From positions 62,001-126,000 of the forward strand of contig NW_025766625.1 of NCBI RefSeq assembly GCF_003918875.1: a DNA stretch of 64,000 bases, given 5' to 3'. The notes under the pieces are model-generated. The model had not been told where the DNA came from. It made no database searches and saw only the letters and a program-made list of their open reading frames with translations. The translations under genes were made by a program, and so were the position numbers. Below, in pieces: positions 63,501 through 64,000 of this stretch; the first letter of the stretch is position 1, and every line of letters begins with the position of its first letter. This DNA is from Haliotis rubra. Its lineage: Eukaryota.

Positions 63501-63747
63501 GTATGTATTTCATGAATTGTTTCCTCAGACCCCAGACATGCAGTGGAGCTATGAGATTCAAGGTGTCATCCCTGAATATACCCCTCCCCGTGGCAAGTCC
63601 TCTCGACCCATGGCAGGCCCTCATCCTGACCCCAGACACCGAGGTGACCGCGTCAACTACGTACGAGACAACCTTCAAATCATAACAACAGCTGTGTCCT
63701 CTCCTATCAAGGGAGCTCCTCTACTGCGGACACATAAAGTGCTGTGA
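9420..63747 (+). CDS. CFAP47: Cilia- and flagella-associated protein 47 (ASH/Ig-like repeats plus calponin-homology domain); 49 exons in window, 5' end outside window
   Basis: Phase-compatible GT-AG exons spliced by hand give peptides I recognise as colinear with vertebrate CFAP47 (e.g. LHQIIIGPPTIDF, GTAFSIRPATGTVDAFSDLDCEVVW, GQNHAFFQ, KFDTRVQLAI..DLRMGG, SKRAWTDILLQIYK, RWIVNYDFDLLDGLV, QCLHNAL, GEFWYEL, YGKLYQAKLVIQT..MQWSYEIQG). Six 1-4 nt frameshifts must be corrected. Stop TGA at 63745-63747. Confidence 0.93.
9872..9954 (+). CDS. CFAP47: CFAP47 exon 2
   Basis: ttacag|..|gtgagt; PRPPNADWKLLSTKKL. Confidence 0.75.
10180..10276 (+). CDS. CFAP47: CFAP47 exon 3
   Basis: ccag|..|gttagt; VRDGLNAVPTTQQEKVDCRKWLSPQELHQIII. 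Confidence 0.88.
10321..10550. repeat. 23-bp minisatellite, ~10 copies
   Basis: catcacagacccagttatacata. Confidence 0.9.
10653..10756 (+). CDS. CFAP47: CFAP47 exon 4
   Basis: gcag|..|gtaggt; PPTIDFSTVCLKS..NNLNQYIHVVAE. Confidence 0.88.
10757..12481. repeat. 36-bp (variant 27-bp) minisatellite, ~50 copies, starting at the exon 4 donor
   Basis: gtaggtgtcagtaatgtgtacatccagtacatccat. Confidence 0.95.
12738..13164. mobile_element. hAT-like MITE
   Basis: TAGTG..CACTA termini with a perfect 8-bp TSD ataactac. Confidence 0.7.
13307..13419 (+). CDS. CFAP47: CFAP47 exon 5
   Basis: ttcag|..|gtaggt; IDCRELRQSSPLSQVVPP..FESNSKGKFQ. Confidence 0.88.
13981..14114 (+). CDS. CFAP47: CFAP47 exon 6
   Basis: gtcag|..|gtactg; SVMYTVNG..PVTLQLSTEDLLLKP. 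Confidence 0.88.
14185..14345 (+). mobile_element. Short tRNA-derived SINE, full length
   Basis: A-box-like GTAGCCTAGTG, B-box-like region, body ccacatgggta.aatgtgt, tail ggcgtaaaaccatactcactc; ~14-bp TSD ctcatac(c/t)atcaac. Confidence 0.85.
14529..14639 (+). CDS. CFAP47: CFAP47 exon 7
   Basis: caag|..|gtaggt; YRGVVTLHNPLNYPAEFTW..GTAFSIRPAT. Confidence 0.88.
14733..14863 (+). CDS. CFAP47: CFAP47 exon 8
   Basis: ttag|..|gtgggc; TVDAFSDLDCEVVWHPSF. Confidence 0.88.
15002..15268. repeat. 21-bp minisatellite
   Basis: gacacatgtcattccattatt. Confidence 0.9.
15625..15747 (+). CDS. CFAP47: CFAP47 exon 9
   Basis: ttag|..|gtcaga; LGNSSVQFVERRVMF..GQNHAFFQ. Confidence 0.88.
16188..16397 (+). CDS. 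CFAP47: CFAP47 exon 10
   Basis: acag|..|gtacgt; VLDPNPFPG..KFDTRVQLAIKGG. Confidence 0.9.
16672..16860 (+). mobile_element. Degenerate copy of the short tRNA SINE
   Basis: ttctggtgtcccccaccgtgat..gctggaatattgctaaa..aaaaccatactcagtcagt. Confidence 0.65.
17239..17307 (+). CDS. CFAP47: CFAP47 exon 11
   Basis: acag|..|gtaact; PSFNFGGVYCGSGSTIQFQLLNK. Confidence 0.85.
18058..18139 (+). CDS. CFAP47: CFAP47 exon 12
   Basis: gtag|..|gtcagt; TVTKAKMEFDLTRFKDF. Confidence 0.85.
18442..18640 (+). mobile_element. Old V-domain-like SINE copy (other decayed copies near 675-800, 17340-17550, 38600-39050, 45600-45745, 53810-54040)
   Basis: gaagatctgggttagaattggtcttc..ggtggtcaggcttgctgactt..ccagactc..atttacagac. 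Confidence 0.6.
18684..19495. repeat. 32-bp minisatellite, ~25 copies, ending at the exon 13 acceptor
   Basis: ctattctatggcatagctattcctgatatcaa. Confidence 0.92.
19511..19608 (+). CDS. CFAP47: CFAP47 exon 13
   Basis: gcag|..|gtagga; YSVTLGPEETVPGEITFMPTE. Confidence 0.85.
19834..20728 (+). mobile_element. Non-autonomous Tc1-family element with ~290-bp inverted arms
   Basis: TA|TACTACAAACAAAAAGT..ACTTTTTGTTTGTAGTA|TA; arms ~19834-20126 and ~20420-20728; spacer encodes Tc1 HTH-like RFQATGRV..RSGTSRKTSRADDRY. Confidence 0.85.
20807..21089 (+). CDS. CFAP47: CFAP47 exon 14 (+1 frameshift in C6 run at 20895-20900)
   Basis: ttcag|..|gtaggg; VAAYDFVMP.. then VIATALRQPLQLS in the shifted frame. Confidence 0.85.
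22014..23165 (-). mobile_element. Degenerate mariner transposon (Hsmar2/irritans-like termini)
   Basis: TA|CGAGGGCTGTTCAA..TTGAACGGCCCTCG|TA; minus-strand fragments RKICARWGPHVLT (WVPHxL), VTGDETW, broken by frameshifts. Confidence 0.9.
23617..23857 (+). mobile_element. V-domain-like SINE nested in an older copy of the same family (~23484-23940)
   Basis: 9-bp TSD ctggtccag; older copy resumes after the (CTCA)n tail. Confidence 0.8.
24556..24763 (+). CDS. CFAP47: CFAP47 exon 15
   Basis: gcag|..|gtcagt; IVNNSPRNIKWAFDL..ISVHFCP. Confidence 0.88.
25513..25709 (+). CDS. CFAP47: CFAP47 exon 16 (frameshift near 25678)
   Basis: acag|..|gtaggt; GELKAPRIWFDPLAICLTPVPL..EFNILASQYR. Confidence 0.85.
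26282..26373 (+). CDS. CFAP47: CFAP47 exon 17
   Basis: gcag|..|gtcagt; LSFELPEVECEDGSKISPLTLQF. Confidence 0.82.
26850..26979 (+). CDS. CFAP47: CFAP47 exon 18
   Basis: ccag|..|gtaagg; CKVTFVSPKPISF. Confidence 0.85.
27295..27394 (+). CDS. CFAP47: CFAP47 exon 19
   Basis: ccag|..|gtactt; FPLMVTASSDNSLMTCYPFLALH. Confidence 0.82.
28217..28394 (+). CDS. CFAP47: CFAP47 exon 20
   Basis: acag|..|gtaggg; Ser/Thr-rich, phase-compatible with neighbours. Confidence 0.78.
28520..28697 (-). mobile_element. 5'-truncated V-domain-like SINE
   Basis: Perfect 13-bp TSD ggcagcaattaag. Confidence 0.88.
28909..29158 (+). CDS. CFAP47: CFAP47 exon 21
   Basis: ttcag|..|gtaagt; AVQRWFSSMGWPGGPFPITIPESLR. Confidence 0.88.
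29132..32458. repeat. 34-bp minisatellite, ~95-100 copies, first unit overlaps the exon 21 end and donor
   Basis: catcaccataccagagtctctcccagtgtaggta. Confidence 0.95.
33159..33272. repeat. Imperfect palindrome (MITE-like hairpin)
   Basis: gaaattattaca..gcaagtgtg..tacgaaac / gtttcgta..catacttgc..tgtaataatttc. Confidence 0.6.
33561..33668 (+). mobile_element. 5'-truncated short tRNA SINE
   Basis: Same body and tail; perfect 14-bp TSD tcatcatcaaccat. Confidence 0.85.
34290..34539 (+). mobile_element. V-domain-like (RUDI-type) SINE
   Basis: cccgtgaa..cccatgcttgtcgtaagaggcgactaa..gctggaatattgctgagtgc..(CTCA)n; tail shared with the short SINE. Confidence 0.8.
34697..34924 (+). CDS. CFAP47: CFAP47 exon 22
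   Basis: gtag|..|gtaatt; KTIYDMISHLSGRPVPGI..QHSTLLTFL. Confidence 0.9.
34912..35522. repeat. 37-bp minisatellite, ~16 copies, first unit is the exon 22 end and donor
   Basis: ttcactttctcaggtaagtcattggtgaatcaacctg. Confidence 0.95.
35578..35803 (+). CDS. CFAP47: CFAP47 exon 23
   Basis: gcag|..|gtgaga; QGAC..PEHLMEP..SKRAWTDILLQIYK. Confidence 0.9.
36104..36299 (+). CDS. CFAP47: CFAP47 exon 24
   Basis: gcag|..|gtatgt; SSNIYCVSERIVLSWLNHH (start of CH domain). Confidence 0.9.
36444..36541 (+). CDS. CFAP47: CFAP47 exon 25
   Basis: aaag|..|gtgagt; RWIVNYDFDLLDGLVFGAVL. Confidence 0.9.
36877..37041 (-). mobile_element. Short tRNA SINE
   Basis: Reverse complement of the 14185 family, (GAGT)n tail. 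Confidence 0.8.
37090..37602. repeat. 36-bp minisatellite, ~14 copies, abutting the exon 26 acceptor
   Basis: tgtttgtcatgacctactgaatgtcatgcatgctgg. Confidence 0.95.
37613..37729 (+). CDS. CFAP47: CFAP47 exon 26
   Basis: gcag|..|gtgagg; MYTHPTNAEQCLHNAL. Confidence 0.9.
38312..38446 (+). CDS. CFAP47: CFAP47 exon 27
   Basis: ccag|..|gtaaac; DITDPNPISLLLLSVHLYQHLPQYLPK. Confidence 0.9.
39377..39640 (+). CDS. CFAP47: CFAP47 exon 28
   Basis: ttcag|..|gtacat; VKLSNPSGKPLVY..FLRPAEAVLVL. Confidence 0.9.
40751..42280. repeat. 57-bp minisatellite, ~27 copies
   Basis: aggtccctgataacccatgattgccacaagtccccagttgccactactgaacacaat. Confidence 0.95.
42285..42870. mobile_element. MITE with long imperfect TIRs inserted in the 57-bp array
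   Basis: CAGTCTAAGTAAACT..AGTTTACTTAGACTG; inner arms aaccctagtagaaggtc/gaccttctactagggtt. Confidence 0.8.
43112..44486. repeat. ~141-155-bp tandem repeat, ~9 copies
   Basis: cactcagtacaaccagataagctgctgctgtcgatggcgttactgaacatgac..gccgtccagggt. Confidence 0.92.
44697..45002. mobile_element. MITE
   Basis: TIR aagggactgttcataatttatggc / gccataaattatgaacggtcctt. Confidence 0.75.
45797..46079 (+). CDS. CFAP47: CFAP47 exon 29
   Basis: acag|..|gtttgc; ESPCYE..DVTNPF..FRIILVE. Confidence 0.85.
46212..46567. mobile_element. MITE
   Basis: agggca..tttatttgttgtgtttc / gaaacacataaaaaaaagatgccct; internal ccgaccga motifs. Confidence 0.6.
46649..46906 (+). CDS. CFAP47: CFAP47 exon 30
   Basis: ccag|..|gtatgt; FLPFAVGERQCSVIFLNETVGEFLY. 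Confidence 0.88.
47588..47727 (+). CDS. CFAP47: CFAP47 exon 31
   Basis: gcag|..|gtgagt; IYWKC..LLIPVTNMSKERSLTLAAQQ. Confidence 0.88.
48384..49420. mobile_element. Non-autonomous TIR element with 9-bp TSD (Mutator-like)
   Basis: CATTCGT(C/G)ACCA.CTC termini; flanks ggggtttat / agggtttat. Confidence 0.65.
49974..50096 (+). CDS. CFAP47: CFAP47 exon 32
   Basis: ccag|..|gtagat; HMSDVELQRRHVTNTL. Confidence 0.85.
50097..51032. repeat. Modular 12/18-bp GTAGAT repeat starting at the exon 32 donor
   Basis: gtagatgtggtt / gtagatgtagag / gtagatccaggggtggtt. Confidence 0.95.
51337..51472 (+). CDS. CFAP47: CFAP47 exon 33
   Basis: acag|..|gtatgt; ITYTVETDSEYFKV. Confidence 0.82.
51498..51900. repeat. 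~123-bp tandem repeat, ~3 copies, rich in GTAAGT/GTAGGT
   Basis: taggtgatgactatgtaagtgatgaattcataggtgatgcc.. at 51619 and 51742. Confidence 0.85.
52380..52585 (+). CDS. CFAP47: CFAP47 exon 34
   Basis: ccag|..|gtaagt; PGHYPCEIVL..DVRVYRIEC. Confidence 0.9.
52859..52949. mobile_element. Short palindromic MITE, Harbinger-like (related copies at 38759-38878, 40094-40172, 47400-47489)
   Basis: gggtgccgttgtacaaagcgatcttagcgctaag..cttagcgctaaggttgctttgtacaccagcaccc. Confidence 0.65.
53170..53312 (+). CDS. CFAP47: CFAP47 exon 35 (-1 frameshift near 53228)
   Basis: ttag|..|gtgagt; GEGF-GPP..YPLTFKP. Confidence 0.85.
53628..53746 (+). CDS. CFAP47: CFAP47 exon 36
   Basis: ccag|..|gtcagt; GKLVLSN..DG..PLALEHI. 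Confidence 0.88.
54306..54360 (+). CDS. CFAP47: CFAP47 exon 37
   Basis: gcag|..|gtaaat; LKIPNMTKKKLIYQ. Confidence 0.8.
54570..54718 (+). CDS. CFAP47: CFAP47 exon 38
   Basis: ccag|..|gtgagg; VETDIPFVSG..PKRRGVYKGII. Confidence 0.88.
54792..54997. repeat. ~111-bp tandem duplication
   Basis: ataatatctg(g/a)aggacattcactcaggtaattggacacatggtaagg.. twice. Confidence 0.8.
55214..55355 (+). CDS. CFAP47: CFAP47 exon 39
   Basis: acag|..|gtaagg; YRIWYSLEL. Confidence 0.85.
55517..55752 (+). mobile_element. tRNA-headed SINE-like element of a third family
   Basis: A-box-like TGGTTGAGTTGG and B-box GGTTCGAATCC, followed by a non-tRNA body. Confidence 0.5.
55761..55936 (+). CDS. CFAP47: CFAP47 exon 40
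   Basis: ttcag|..|gtgggt; VRNPT..YLVTFSPAVVG. Confidence 0.88.
56729..56836 (+). CDS. CFAP47: CFAP47 exon 41
   Basis: gcag|..|gtaatc; GEFWYELIL..MECELG. Confidence 0.9.
57315..57535 (+). CDS. CFAP47: CFAP47 exon 42 (4-nt CGAG duplication at ~57421)
   Basis: tcag|..|gtacat; LENPTDE..EVPLHFMPSTLG. Confidence 0.85.
57696..57852 (+). CDS. CFAP47: CFAP47 exon 43
   Basis: acag|..|gtaagc; EWVF..IIPFRNP. Confidence 0.9.
58191..58419 (+). CDS. CFAP47: CFAP47 exon 44
   Basis: ccag|..|gtgagt; LDIPVSFAPSQM. Confidence 0.88.
59079..59348 (+). CDS. CFAP47: CFAP47 exon 45 (+1 frameshift near 59191)
   Basis: ccag|..|gtgagt; IRWLFPINGIPE..ECRAREVIEERLEVTL. Confidence 0.85.
59405..60310. repeat. 30-bp minisatellite, ~30 copies, after the exon 45 donor
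   Basis: tctgatggtgggagtggatagtcggtattc. Confidence 0.92.
60560..60731 (+). CDS. CFAP47: CFAP47 exon 46
   Basis: acag|..|gtaaca; LVFNVKFNPFKP. Confidence 0.88.
61137..61351 (+). mobile_element. V-domain-like SINE with internal deletion
   Basis: Same head and tail as 34290 but lacks the gtcgtaagaggcgac core. Confidence 0.8.
61909..62070 (+). CDS. CFAP47: CFAP47 exon 47
   Basis: ccag|..|gtaaca; GGVWKFPLRFVAT..DDKILIEA..LTSQ. Confidence 0.9.
62452..62621 (+). CDS. CFAP47: CFAP47 exon 48 (+1 frameshift in GGG at 62515-62517)
   Basis: ttcag|..|gtgagt; GSDPEF..GELLP..YGKLYQAKLVIQ. Confidence 0.87.
62981..63109. mobile_element. Small Tc1-like MITE
   Basis: tactggacaaaataagttagggatat / atatccctaactatttttgtccagta. 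Confidence 0.75.
63529..63747 (+). CDS. CFAP47: CFAP47 terminal coding exon 49
   Basis: ctcag|TPDMQWSYEIQGVIPEYTPP..KVL stop. Confidence 0.9.
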   Translation, partial: TPDMQWSYEIQGVIPEYTPPRGKSSRPMAGPHPDPRHRGDRVNYVRDNLQIITTAVSSPIKGAPLLRTHKVL

Positions 63748-64000
63748 TGTGTGACAGTACCTCTCACACAAACTTCATCTGTGATATTGCACATAGAGTG
63801 CCGTGATTGTTGAAGTCAGTGAAACTGCGGAGTCATCCTTCATGTAGATGAAGATTCGGCAAGCTACATTATATATTTCAAGGCTTTAAGATACTTGTCC
63901 ATTCCATCTCAAACTGGGTCTTTTATGTATTAATCAGGGCTGTCTTCATCTCTGGGTTGGTGACGTCAAACATTCCATACTTAGCTATGTACATGTATAT

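Noticed and set aside
9420-63747. HYDIN or CFAP65 as the gene identity; U12 introns
   Set aside because: Specific motifs and the central CH domain fit CFAP47. All traced introns are GT-AG with no GTATCCTT donor.

Overview
Eukaryotic (animal) genomic DNA. The SINE families suggest a marine mollusc, probably abalone-like (inference). About 54 kb (9420-63747, +) is the 3' roughly four-fifths of a CFAP47 gene: I traced 49 GT-AG exons (~7.8 kb, ~2,600 codons, ending in TGA at 63747). Six small frameshifts and no independent nonsense codons suggest assembly indels rather than a pseudogene. Upstream lie two damaged VPS13D-like exons (1021-2226) and a full-length, frameshifted DIRS1-type tyrosine-recombinase retrotransposon (~2570-9077) with terminal repeats and an internal complementary region. 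Introns hold tRNA-derived and V-domain SINEs, a dead mariner, a Tc1 fold-back derivative and several MITEs. The most striking pattern is that many intronic minisatellites are unrelated to each other, yet each is a tandem amplification of its own exon end plus 5' splice site, or runs into its own 3' splice site. This creates arrays of about 2 to 100 decoy donors, including ten perfect Y(n)CAG|GTAAGT recursive-splice-like motifs at 37-nt spacing. All stages are visible, from single duplications to kb-long arrays. Protein identities are from remembered similarity, not database searches.
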